A DNA stretch of 64,000 nucleotides from Felis catus (taxonomy: Eukaryota): the NCBI RefSeq assembly GCF_018350175.1, contig NC_058382.1, forward strand, positions 61,630,001 through 61,694,000. The letters run 5' to 3'. The notes below the pieces were generated by a model, which was not told the origin of the DNA, did no database searches, and saw only the letters and a list, made by a program, of their open reading frames with translations. The translations under genes and the position numbers were made by a program. Below, one piece after another: positions 35,570 through 49,000 of the stretch (within the stretch, counting starts at the first letter, position 1; the number at the start of each line of letters is the position of its first letter).

Positions 35570-36978
35570 AACCTATTTGGAGATTTGCAGTGGGCTTCGG
35601 ACAAAACCTTTTTGACTGTTAGGGGTTCTTCTGGGTTTGTATATTTTTTTTGCTTAACATACCTTTAAAGGTGAGCGTTTGTTTGTTTGTTTATTTATTT
35701 ATTTAAAGTTTTATGTACTTATTTTGAGAGAGAGCAAGGGAAGGGCAGAGAGAGAGAGGGAGAGAGAGAATCCCAAACAGGCTCTGTACTGACAGTGCAG
35801 ATACGTGGCTTTAACTCTCGAACTGTGAGATCGTGACTTGAGCTGAAATCAAGTCGGATGTTTAACTGAGCCACCCAGGCACCACCAGAAGGTGAATGTT
35901 TTTTAATTTAGCATTGTTTTGTTAATGTGTGTACATGCTGCTCCATCATTTTCATATTTATGTGTCTTTGGGCCATATAACCTTTTAGTAGATTTACTCT
36001 AATTTCTCAGCCATTTCCCTATTTAAAATCATCTCAGATTACTTCCTTTAAACTTTTCTTGCTGTTGTAATAATGAAGTGGCTAATGTCTTTGAGCAGAT
36101 AACTCTTGTATTTTTTGGTTCTTTTTCTTTTTTTTTTTTTTTAATTTTTTAACGTTTATTTACTTTTGAGAGAAAGAGAGCATGAGCAGGAGAGGGGCAG
36201 AGGGAGAGGGAGACACAGAATCGGAAGCAGGCTCCAGGCTCTGAGCTGTCAGCACAGAGCCCGACGCGGGGCTCGAACCCACGCACGGTGAGATCATGAC
36301 CTGAGCCAAAGTCAGACGCCCAACTGACTGAGCCACCCAGGTGCTCCAACTCTTGTGTTCTTTTGAGAAATTCCTCTAGTATAAATTCCTGGGAATGGAT
36401 GAAAAGATACAGTCATATTTTGATTATTGGTTACATTCAAGGTACTTCTGCTATTTTCTGAATTATGTCCTGTCCTCGGGACCTTTCTAGCATCGTATTT
36501 TAACATCTCACTTTTAGTTTTTACTTGTGTTTAGGTGAGAACGGCCTTTCTTTCTTCATCGCAGTGGGCAGGGGCGGGAGGAGGGCCCTGCTCGGCCTCA
36601 CGGCTGCGCTCTGCCCGGCAGGTGGAGGAGCATGTCAGCCGTGTCCGCGAGGAGCTGGACCGTGAGCGTGAGGAGCGCAACTACTTCCAGTTGGAGCGGG
36701 ACAAGATCCATACCTTCTGGGAGATCACGCGGAGGCAGCTGGAGGAGAAGAAGGCCGAGCTGCGGAACAAGGACCGGGAAATGGAGGAGGCTGAGGAGAG
36801 GCACCAGGTTGAGATCAAGGTAAATGCAGCTGGCCTGCCCGTCCCTGCTGGACATACCGTATGGCACAGAAGAACGGGGCTCGGGCAGGGGGGCATTTTG
36901 TTGCTTGCTTTGGGGTCACAGCCCTGTGTATCCTTTACACTGGGAAATGAAGGTTTGTTGTTTTTTTAAGTTTTTTTA

Positions 36979-37021
<43 letters not shown>

Positions 37022-40000
37022 TGGGGGAAGGGCAGAGAGAGAGAGAGAGAGAGAGAGAACGAGTGGGGGAAGGGCAGAGAGAGGGGGAGAAAGAGAATCC
37101 CAAGCAGGCTTCATGCTCATCGCAGAGCCTGACATAGGAGATCGTGACATGAACTGAAATCAAGAGTTGGACACTTAGGGGCGCCTGGGTGGCTCAGTCG
37201 GGTGAGCGACCGACTTCAGCTCAGGTCATGATCTCAGGGTTTGTGAGCTCGAGCCCCGCATCGGGCTCTGTGCTGACAGCTCGGAGCCTGGAACCTGCTT
37301 CCGATTCTGTGCCTCCCTCTCTCTCTGCCCCTCCCCGACTCATGCCCTGTCTCTCTCTGTCTCAGAAATAAATAAACATTAAAAAAAAAAAGAGTTGGAC
37401 GCTTAACTGACTGAGCCACTCATGAAATACTCATGAAAGTATTTTTTATAAAAGGGTATGTGCACGGGGCACCTGGGTGGCTCAGTCGGTTAGGCGTCCG
37501 ACTTTGGCTCAGGTCATAATCTCCTGGTTCGTGAGTTCGAGCCCCACATCGGGATCTCTGCTGTCAGCTTGGAGCCCATTTCAGATCCTCTGTCCCCCTG
37601 TCTGCTTCTCCCCAACTTGTGCGCTCTCTCTCTCTCTCTCTCAAAAATAAATAAAACATTAAAAAAAAAAAGGATATGTGCCTGCAGGTGAGCATGCACG
37701 GGCAGGTGAGCAGGCGAGTGTGCGTGTGCAGGGGTGTGGGTGAGAGTGTGCAGGGAAGCAAGCGGTGCTCTCGCTGCCTGCAGGTGTACAAGCAGAAGGT
37801 GAAGCACCTGCTGTACGAGCATCAGAACAACCTGACCGAGATGAAGGCTGAGGGTGCCGTGGTCATGAAGCTGGCCCAGAGGGAGCACTGCGCACAGGAG
37901 GGTGCACTGCGCAAGGACACGCGGGCGCTGAAGGTGGAGCTCAAGGAGCAGGAGCTGGCCAACGAGGTGGTGGTGAAGAACCTGCGGCTGGTAGGTGTGA
38001 GGGCCGCCAGTGCCTGACTGGCTGCTGGGGACCGTGAACTCCTGATTAGTCAACTTACCTGGGAATTCGTATTTTGCTTAGAAGCTTCCTGCATTTTGGG
38101 AATTAGTTGAACTATTTAAGAAAAAGACAAATCCCATTTGGGGGCCAAATACAGAATTTTATTTCAGATCTGAGCAACAAATGGACTTCCCAAGGGGAAA
38201 ATCCAGCCTAGGGTCCTCTTCATGTGCTGCTGACACCTGACACCTGGCTGCTTTCCCAGGAGTCTGTCAGGTGCATTTAGAAACATACAGAACCGGGGCG
38301 CCCGGGTGGCTCAGTCGGTCGAGCGTCCGACTTCGGCTCAGGTCATGATCTCGAGTTTGTGAGTTCAAGCCCCTTGTCGGGCTCTGTGCTGACAGCTCAG
38401 AGCCTGGAGCCTGCTTCAGATTCTGTGTCTCCCTCTCTCTCTGCCCCTCCCCTGCTCGTGCTCTGTCTCTCTTTCAAAAATAAACATACATTAAAAAAAA
38501 AAAAAGAAACATATGCAACCATTAACATGTCTGGTATGCCAGCCCCTCCGTGGCCATGGCAGTTTGTCATGCAAGCTGGGTTCATAAGCACCTGGCTAAC
38601 TTTTTGGTCCTTTCTGAGTGAGGCTTGGGGGTTCCAGGTGGAGGTTGAGATTCATTTGCCTGGTGCCCATAAGGTGCCAAGCCCTGTTCTGATCTCTGGG
38701 GACATATAGGGAGCAGGACTGAGAGAATGACTGCCCACGTGTGGTTGACAGTCCAGGAAGGAGACAAAAGACAGAACGAAGTGTTGGATACGTGGAGCAC
38801 ATTCACAGGCATAAACGCTGTGGGAAGAGCAGTGCGGGGAAGAGGATGCAGTGGGTTGAGGGTAGGGTTGTATTCTTCTACAAGAAATTCTGGGAGTGTC
38901 TCATTGAGAAGGTGACATTTGGGCAAAGGCTGGAAGGCGGTGGGGCTGAGCCAGGCTTAGGGAGACCAGGTCTGGAGAAGGCATAGGGGATGGGCCGGTG
39001 TGGAGGCCCAGAGGAGCAAGGGGCAAGGTGGCTGGGCAGGTAGGTCAGAGCTTGTCGGCATCAAAAGCCACAGTCAGGACCCAGCTGTTGACCTGGGTTT
39101 AGTTGGGGGAACTTTGGAGGTTTTGGGCAGAGGGAAGATGTGTCTGACTTTGGTTTTCTAAGGTTCTTCTTGGCTGTGGGTTCAGAAGACTTTGTCAATA
39201 CGTTTGCCTCATGCTGGAGGCACCGCAGCCTCAACTAAGAAAAGACTTTGCAGTGAAGGCTGACGGTGAAGTCTTGGACCTATAAGAATAGTCTGGTCTT
39301 TGCTGACAGACAGATTTCCAGTGAATTTGGTGATGTGAGGCTGTCTGCTTACCTGAGGCCTGGATATGGAGTAGTTATGTGGTCAGAATTCCCCTTTGTG
39401 CAAAACTACTATCCTATAAAAAATAATTAAATTTTCTATTCAAAACCTCTCTATATAACTGTGAAAATAATTGTGAATGCTGCTCTAAGTCACAGCTGAA
39501 GCAGGCCGTCAGGCATCTGGAGAGAACCTGCAGCTCCGTGTAGACCTGGCCCGTGCTCTCCGACCTGTGGGCAAGCTGAGTGAGGGGCCAAGCACGGTCA
39601 GTGTTTAGCACGTCTGTTAACATTCGGTCATTAACCAAGGAAAGTGAATTATGAAACACAGAAGTTACCAAAACCACGTTATTCTGAGCATGGGCCAAGA
39701 GCTCGGAGATGAGGGGAGCCCAGCACCCTCCAGAAACAGCGCAGAGTTTCCGGAGTTGGATTTTCCATACCACCGAGGAGCAGGGCCAGCCCCAGGGAGA
39801 GGCTTCTGTGTGTGTCTGTCACCTAGTAACGGCCTGCTTCTCTGCCTTTGCAGAAGCACAGCGAGGAGGTCACCAAGATGCGGAATGACTTCGAGAGGCA
39901 AGTGCGAGGTCAGTTCCTTACATGCGTCCTGTCAGAAGGAAATTTACCTCTAGGGCCAGCTCACCCAGGGCACAGAAACCAGGTTAAAATGGCCTAGACA

Positions 40001-43000
40001 CGCAGAGAGAAAATGTAGTTTCCAAGGCTGACGGATTGCCCAGAATCCCGAAACAACTTACTTCCACGCAAGTTGGGGAGGCTGTGGTTACCACCTACGT
40101 CCCTACTCCTGGCACAAATCAGCAGTTTGAGGCACGTGGCAGTTATTGTCTTGTGGGCAGTATTCTTAGAATAGTCTTTTCATGGCTTCTGGCCCGAGGA
40201 GGCTCCCGTTTGAGAAGTCTGTCGGGTTCACTAATAAAGCTCTAGAGTCGGCCTGGATGACCACCGAGCCGTGGGATCAGCTGACACTTCGTTTTGGGAA
40301 CCCTAACCCCGGGATTGATTATCAATGCCTGCTACAGGCGAAGGAAGGCAGACAGTGGTGTGTGTGTGCTGAATATGTCATCTGTGAGCCTCAGCAGAGA
40401 GAGGTCCACTCAAACCCGTCCTGTGCTTTGCCGGCTCTTGTGTGCACAGCCTTCATCCTGGTGGATGTTCCTGGGCCGTGTTTAGAAGTCCCATCTATTC
40501 TTTTTTTTTAATGTTTATTTTTTGAGAGAGCATGAGCAGGGGTGGGGCAGAGAGAGACAGAGGGAGAGAGAGGATCTCAAGCAGGCTCCATGCTATCAGA
40601 GCAGAGCCGGACATGGGGCTCGAACCCATGAAACATGAGATCATGACCCGAGCCGAAATCGAGAGTCGGACGCTCAACCTACTGAGCTGCCCAGGTGCCC
40701 ATAGGTTCCATCTATTCTGATAGACACTGGGCCACCTGTTCCTCTGCTAAGCTGTCCTATATGTGCTTCTGCCTTTCAGAAATTGAGGCCAAGTATGATA
40801 AAAAAATGAAGATGCTTAGGGATGAACTTGACCTGAGGAGAAAGACTGAGATCCACGAGGTGGAGGAGAGAAAGAACGGCCAGATCAACATGCTGATGCA
40901 GCGGCATGAAGAAGCCTTTACGGACATCAAGAACTACTACAACGACATCACCCTCAATAACCTGGCTCTCATCAACTCCCTCAAGGTGCTGCGGTAGGGC
41001 CGGCTGGGCCGGGGGCCCCAGACACTAGGTCTCCACCCCGTCGGGCCCATTACTCTCCTTTTAAAGATGTTTGATGGTGCCCCTCTGTCCTTGTTTGAAT
41101 TCATAATGGAGCCTCTCCACACCTGTGGCTGGCGGCAGCCAGGATGTTGCCCTGACTGTAGCGTAGGTGGGGCTCGTGAAAAGGACACATTCGACAGGTG
41201 GAAGCTTCATGCGGAACTGTAGTGGGAGCCCCAGCGTGGCTGCACAGGTGGTGTCATCACCACGCAAGTGCTGGCAGGGACAGAGTTCCCACGGTGGGGA
41301 AAGCCCCTCGGGTCCTGGAAAAGTGTAATCTCAATTTGTGTGGAAGGAGCCTTCCTAGAAGATTCAGAATAAGTGAAGACTGCAAAATTACTCCGTGTTT
41401 ATACACAGAACAGGTCTTCAGGACCGTCCTTGGTGGGCAGCAGGGCTCCTGGCTCTGCCCTCTGAAGACCTCGGCACTGCCTGCCGAACCCCTGCCGCAC
41501 CCCTGCCGTACTTGTGCCAACAGGAGCAGTTGGAGGACATGCGCAAGAAGGAAGGTCACCTCGAGAGGGAGATGATGGAGGTGTCCGCGCAGAACAAGCG
41601 CCTGACAGACCCTCTCCAGAAGGCTCGGGATGACGTGACTGAGATGCAGAAGAAGCTCGGGAACTATGAGAGGGACAGACAGACCCTGGTTGTGAGTTTC
41701 TGCCTGACTGTGCCTCCCTCCTTGCACTTCCTCCTGGGCTAGGAGAGGAGGGACATCAGCAAGGTGTCTCCTGGGTCCCAGAGCAGGGTCGGCCTTTAGG
41801 GCAGGACTGGGGGGCTGAATCTCAGCTTCTCTGACTGGTGTCCTCCATGGACAGGATGTTAAGCTGGTGCGCGTTCTGGGCAATAGGTGTTTCCACCAGC
41901 CTGCTGCGGGGGGCGCTCAGCTGCTTGTGTCCTTGAGCCAGTCCTTCGTTCATTCGTTCGTTCCTTCATTCATTCTATCAGTCTCTACACTGAGGATGGG
42001 GCTCGAACTGACAGCCCTGATCCAGAGACACCAGGTGCCCCTGAGGCAGCTCTCTTCCACAATTATTTTTGGCCTTGCCATCCCCCAGGAGCCTGCATTA
42101 CGTGGACGCCTGGTCCTGAACACTTTGTCCTCCACCTTTCATTTTCTCTCCAGCGCACAAAAGCACGTTTGAAGGTTGCTGAGAAAGAGCTAAAGGACCT
42201 GCAGTGGGAACACGAGGTGCTGGAGCAGCGATTTCTCAAGGTGAGCAGGTGCCAGGCCGGCATCCCAGGGACCCCCAGTCAGGGAGAGACCCTTCCTGTA
42301 ACCCTGGCTCGGCCATTGGTTTCAGGAAGCCTTAAAACCGCGGCTGGGTTTCTAGGTTCGAAAGCTGGGAGTCCTGTTGTCCACTTCTCATGCTCTGCAG
42401 CCTTATGGGGCAAAACCCTGTGGTACATTCTAGAGAAGGCCCAGGGTCTCACAGAGCAGGCGCCCTGCTGGGAGACCATCACCCCCAATTCTCTTTCCCC
42501 CCGGCTCACCTCTGAAGCACGTGAAGGGTACCTGGCCCTTGCATCGAGGGTCTTTTCCATGTATGTACATGTGTTTAAGTAGTAAACTGTCGGGCACACA
42601 TTGTAAAGAAGTCCTGGAGCCCTGCCGTCTGTGAGTGAAAATGAGAGGGCCCTCCTGCTGTGCAGTGCTGGTTCTCACGAGTGGTAGCAGCTCCTTGAGT
42701 TTTGTGCAGACTTCTTCCTGTGCACCCTTATGTACGGGTGGCTTCATGCCTTAAGAACGCTGTGCTTTTTTTTTTTTTTTTAACCTCACCTTGATTGTGC
42801 TGTCTCCAGATTGTACACACAGAACAGTCATGTTCGGCTCTGTGCCAGAACGCTCCATTTAAAAATTTTTTTTTTTTTTTTACATTTATTTATTTTTTGA
42901 GAGACATAGAGAGACAGAGCACAAGTTGGGGAGGGGCAGAGAGAGAAGGAGACACAGAATCCGAAGCAGGCTCCGGGCTCCAAGCTGTCAGCACAGAGCC

Positions 43001-46000
43001 TGATGCGGGGCTCGAACTCCCAAACTGTGAGATGATGACTTGAGCTAAAGTCGGACGCTTAACCCAGTGACCCACCCAGGCGACCCAGAAGGCTCCATTT
43101 GTTATGCAGCCACTTCCCCTGGAGAGATGTCTTTGTTTTCGTCCTTTGCTGTTACAAACCACTGCCACTGTCCTCCTTTTAAGTTTACCTTTGTGCAGGG
43201 GTGAGCATCTCTTTTTTTTTTTTTTTTTAATTTTTTTTTTTTTAACGTTTATTTATTTTTGAGACAGAGAGAGACAGAGCATGAACGGGGGAGGGGCAGA
43301 GAGAGAGGGAGACACAGAATCGGAAGCAGGCTCCAGGCTCTGAGCCATCAGCCCAGAGCCCGACGCGCGGCTCGAACTCGCGGACCGCGAGATTGTGACC
43401 TGAGCCGAAGTCGGACGCTTAACTGACTGAGCCACCCAGGAGCCCCTGAGCATCTCTTTTAAAGTCAGTCCCTAGCAGTGGCTTGTTGGGCGAAAAGGTT
43501 TGTGTTCCGAATTTGGGTAGAGGCCGCACAGAGCGTTGTTCTGAGTTATGACTCTGCCCAAAGCACCCAGGGGGCCACTTCCTGCCTGAACCAGATGTCA
43601 CTAATTCAAAACTTGCTGATGTGATCGGGTGGAAGATGTCTCGTTGAATGTGCTTTTCTGAGGTACCCTGTGAGTGGCACACATGCCAGGCAGAGCAGTT
43701 CTGTCTTTGTAAACTTTGGTTAATTCAGGTTTTGTTCCTTTTCTCACCTGATTGAGATTCATGCTCACAGACAGTGATTATGGAATGGTCCAGATTCCTC
43801 AGGTACATCCCATCATCCCATCAGATCTAGAGTCACCTTCTTCAGAGATGCCTCTGAGGGTCCTGCAGGCTGCTGGCCGGCCAGGAGAAGGACCCTTGAG
43901 TCACCAGTGAGATGTGCCCTGCGCCCCCCCATGCCCCCCCCGCCCCCGCCATTGCTGGCTAAGGGGGTGTGCATTTGGGGAGGAGGAAATGGAGGGTGAC
44001 TGCAGAGGCTTGTGTTGGAGCCTGTGCACTTTGCCCCCTTCTCTTCTGTTTGAGTGTCGTTCGTGGTATGTGCCAAAGTCAGTGTTTCCTGAGAAAACCA
44101 AGCGTGTTGATGTGTCAGCAGATTTTGAAGACCAAAGGGATGGACTGATTGAAGTGAATCGAGGGAAAACTGTACAGTAAGGAGAAGGAGAAGGTGCTGC
44201 AGGTTTGAGCATAACCCTCTTCTCTTCCTAGCTGTAAGACATGTTTTTTTTTTTTTAATTTTTTTTAACGTTTATTTATTTTTGAGACAGAGAGAGACAG
44301 AGCATGAACAGGGGAGGGGCAGAGAGAGAGGGAGACACAGAATCGGAAGCAGGCTCCAGGCTCTGAGCTGTCAGCCCAGAGCCCGACGCGGGGCTCGAAC
44401 TCACGGACCGCGAGATCGTGACCTGAGCTGAAGTCGGACGCTTAACCGACTGAGGCACCCAGGCGCCCCAAGACATGTTTTTACACACGTAGAGAACATT
44501 CTGGAAGGAGTTACATCATGGATTCACATGGAGGCCTCTGGGAAGTTGGGTTAAGGGGCGTTCACGTTTTATACTTACACACAGTCTTGATTTTTCTTTA
44601 AGGTGCTCAGTTAAAGGAAAAAGAATCGGAAGATGAAAAAGAACACTTCTATTTATTGACAGGCTGGTCTCCAGATCTGCCTCGTGGGGCATGTTCTAGG
44701 ATCCAGGGCTGGCAGAGGGAGTGGATGGATCCCCATGGGCCCCACTCCCAAGCATTGCTTGCTGGAGTTTGATGCCTTGGATGTGACGTAGGGGTGATCA
44801 GCGACATGACTTTCCTGAGCCTCCTGAACAAACCCAGGGCCCCAGCCTCTCTGTGGGGCTTCTCCAGCTCTAACGAGGGTGCCCTCCTACCTCCTGAAAC
44901 AGCTTAGTAGACGAGGGTCCAGTTAGTGTTTCCTCCTGCTTTCCACAGTGTGGATGGCTGCAGCCCTTTAATCCCATCCCAGAGAGTGGGTGTGGTGGCA
45001 GTGTAAATGACACCCAGCCCCCCCATCCGTGGGTGGGCCCTGGTGAATGGAGTTCACTCGGCAGAAGTGGTATGTTCTGGCCCAGGGAAAAGGTGGGAGG
45101 GGGCTTCTGACCAGTGAGATGCTTCCGGGGGAGGTGGCCTCTTTGTCCACTGCAGCCTGTCCCCTGCAGGTACAACAGGAGCGAGATGAGCTGTACAGGA
45201 AGTTCACCGCGGCCATCCTGGAGGTGCAGCAGAAGGTGGGCTTCAAGAACCTGGTTCTGGAGCGGAAGCTGCAGGCGCTGAGCGCTGCTGTGGAGAAGAA
45301 AGAGGTGCAGATTAATGAGGTGCTGGCGGCCTCCAACCTGGACCCTGCTGCCCTGACCCTTGTGTCCCGCAAGCTGGAGGTAGGCCCCAGGCGGGCTCCT
45401 GGGGAGGTGCTGGGCTGGAGCCTCATGTCCTTGCCCCCCAGTAGGTGTCCTGAGCTTGGGTTGGGGGTCGCTTGTTTCGTGTGTTTGTATCCAGCCTCCG
45501 TCATCCCGGTGGGGACCCTCAGGTGGTGTTGGGAGGGTCATGGGTTTCCTGTGGCCTGAGCATAGATGGGGCTGCAGATGTCTGCTCACAGGCCCGTGTG
45601 TGCCATCAGGCTCCCCAGGTTCTCTGTTACTGGCTTTGCTCAGGTCTGAGGTCTTCCGGAGTCCCCTCCTTAACCTCTCAGCCCTTCTGGCCCTGAGCCC
45701 ACTGCCCGTCCAGTTCTCGAGATGGGTTTAGTTCAGCCTATCAGGCCCTGGGTTTCTCAAGCTTCTGTGGGCCGGCGCTCCTCGGGAACTTGGCAGCAAA
45801 CCTAGAGACAGGCCTGGGGGACAGTCGGGCCCATGAGCTCTCAGCTGAGACTACTGCCACAGTCTGCCTGGGTTGCTTTGATGTCCGGATGTAGGCTGTG
45901 GGCAGTTAGGATGGGGAAATGCAGGGCCGTGGGCAGTTAGGACAGGGAAATGCAGGGCTGTGGGTGCCCCTTTGTGGTGGCGGGTGCTGTGGCAGGGTTC

Positions 46001-49000
46001 CCAGAGGGAGTTATGTCTGAGCAAAGGCCATGAGTTCACAGTTCCTCGTGGTGCTCCTCTATGCTGGAACCATCTTGGGCACTGGGGACAGCAGTAAACA
46101 AGACAGATGGGGCCCGGGTGCCCATGGGCTGGTGGGGCCAGCTGAGGAACCCTGGCAATAGCTGCCAGCTTTGGCTCAGCAAGCAAAAGCCTGACAGCAC
46201 CTGGCAGGCCGTCTTGCCTGGAGCTGGGCCTTGTGTCTCTGTTCCCTGGGCCTATTTGGGGCATGTCACAGAAAGAACGGGTGAGGCCGGACAAGGGGTC
46301 TCTGGGCTGCCGCGGGAGTGCGGCTGTGCAGGGATCCTGGCCACCTGGGTGACCTACTGTAGCCGCCAGGCCTGAGACAGCCCCAGGTGCAGTGCCCTTG
46401 GGTGCCTGGGAGACAGACGCGGGTGTGCATGGCCCCAGGGAACGCAGCTGGTCTGCATGTCTTTATGGAGAGGCCCAGCGAGGAGAGGCCAGCTTGTCCC
46501 AGAGGTGGATCCTTCCAGGGTAGACGGTGCCTGTGTGTGCCTGCTTTTCCTTCATGGAGAAACAGATCTTCGGAGTTAGGGGCTGCTGACTGCTTCGGTT
46601 TGCGCAAGCATGTTTCATCCTGAGAAATGGCACACATAGCATTTTTAAAAAAATGTTTTATTTATTTATTTTGAGAGAGAGCGAGAGCGAGAGAGAGAGC
46701 GAGAGCGAGCAGAGGAGGGGCAGAGAGAGAGGGAGAGACAGAGAATCCCAAGCCGGCTCTGCACTGACAGTGCCGGAGCCTGATGCTGGGCTCGAACCCA
46801 CGAACCGTGAGACCATGACCTGAGCCCAAACCAAGAGTCAGACGCTTAACTGACTGAGTCACCCAGGTGTCCCTACACAGGTAGCATTTTTAAGGTGATT
46901 TGTCCCTGTGTAGTTCAGCTGAACATAAACCCCCCTTTGCTCACATGACACCCAGGCCCTGAGGATGAACTCTGTGTCAGGTCACTTCATGTTTACATAA
47001 AGCATCCTGCACTGGCCTACTGCCCACCTGGCCTTGACCTTAAGCTTGCAGCTCCCACTTGGTTGTATCCTTGTGAGCCCCTTGCTGCTACTTGAGTGTT
47101 GGGGGGAGTGCAAGGCTGAGGCGAAGGGAGCAGAGCCAGAGGGATGGGAGTGATTCTCACGCTGTTGGCTGTGCCCCTGGGTTTGGGGCTGGTAAGGAAA
47201 CATGGAAGGTCCTGGGTGGGGCAGACTGGATCAGAGAGAACCCTCTGGGAAGGTGGGAGGTGAGCTGGCACTGAGTAGGGGTGAAGGACTTATTGCTGGT
47301 GGAGAAGTGCTGAGGAGTCCAACGTTATGTAGTGCCCATTTCTGGATGAGACCAGGTGCTGCTTTCGGGCAGCAGTGAGTCCTGGCTCAGGGGGTGGCAG
47401 GGCCAGGAGGGCCTGAGTCACTCAGGACAGGCTCTCGGGGCCTGTGGTGGTGCAGCCACATGGGAGGGGCCTAGTCTGGGCTGGCAGCACCATGGACTTG
47501 GGTCTGGGGGCCCATCTGCGTCCTTGTCCTTGTTTGTGTGTGAATCCCCGTGAACGCCGGCCGGCGGGGAGCCAGGGCCCTGTTAGAAAGGTCAGGACGG
47601 CTTTCCTGCCTCCACTTTTGGGAGGGGCAGCTGGTGTTGCAGCTGGATGAGGCTGTGTTGCCGGCACTCATGATGAAATCAGTCCGGTCCTCAGTGGTTG
47701 CTGTAGCTGGGCCTGTGGGCCAGGGTCACTGTGGGCCAGGTGGCAGCTCTTGCCTTTTCTGGACACTTACTTCTCTGGCCAGGCAGGAACCCTCCAGGCA
47801 GCAGGTAGGGGTTCAAGGGGCCTTCCCTGGGCCGTGGTTGGCCCGGCTTCTCTAATCTCTTGTCCTCACTTCCCACCGTCTGGACAGTCGCCATCTGGAG
47901 AGGCAGATGGTATTTTCCCTTTCTCCTCTGAAGACCTTTCTGTGCTGGCTGGCTGCGCCCTGTGTGGATGCACACCGTGATGGGGTCAGGCTGCCATTCC
48001 CTGGATGTCTGAGGTCCCCTGCTGGAGCTCCCAGACCCCTGCCAACCCCTGTCTACCTCAGCTCAAAGACAAGCTCTAACTCACATCCACCTTTCTCTCC
48101 TTAGAATGTTCTAGAATCAAAGAACAACACTATCAAGGACTTGCAGTATGAGTTGGCCCGGGTCTGCAAGGTATGAGGAGCCTCCTTGACCCTCTCTCAG
48201 GGCCCCACCTTATTTACACTTTGAGGCATACACAGCCTGAGGCTGTCCGGGCCTTCTAAGGGTCACTGTGTGTGTGGACTGGGTCTCTGATGCTGCCACG
48301 GGAGTGCGGTTGTGCTGGCATCCTGGCCACCCGGGAGACCTGTAGCTGCCAGGCTTGAGACAGCCCTGTCTCAGCTCTGGCCACGGTCCTGGTGTCCCTT
48401 ACAGGGGCCTGCCCAGTGGATGTCTGCTAAATGAGGGCGCTCTGTCCTTGTCTCCCTGTTTGACCCTTTACTCTTGCTGACCTGGCCTCTGGGGTGACTG
48501 GATGGGCCTCCTTTGCTTCTTCTATGTAGGGGACAGTTACGAGTCTAAGCTTCTCTCACTCCTTTGTAAGTCTGATGAAAGCTGCACCCCATACCCACAC
48601 CAAAGCCACCAGCAGTGTCGAGGCCTCCCGCTGTTGGGGAGTGGCAGGGAGTGCCTTGACCCTTCTGTTGTCTGCCTCATGAGCCCCAGAGGCCTGGGCC
48701 CTCTACCCAGTATTCACTCCTCTGTGGGTGAGCCCCCAGCTCTGCCTTGGCTTTGCCTATGGGAAATGCAGACATAGCGCTGCCTACAGATACATTTACC
48801 TCGAGCAGCCACCCCATGAGTGTGACTCAGATAAGCCCATAAACCTGCCGGTGGACATCGCATCCTGGTTCTACTGTGCACCCTGGGTTGTGGAACCCCA
48901 GGAGGGAGGCAATGCCTGTCACTGGCGCTGGGCTCCAGCGCCCGTGACCAGATCTCCCTGAGCCTTTCCTCAGCCCTGCCCATCTAGACACTTCCCTTAT

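Noticed and set aside
33361..36621. Ortholog of human GAS8-AS1/C16orf3 in GAS8 intron 2
   Set aside because: No ORF or tandem-repeat signature I can support; the interval is largely SINEs
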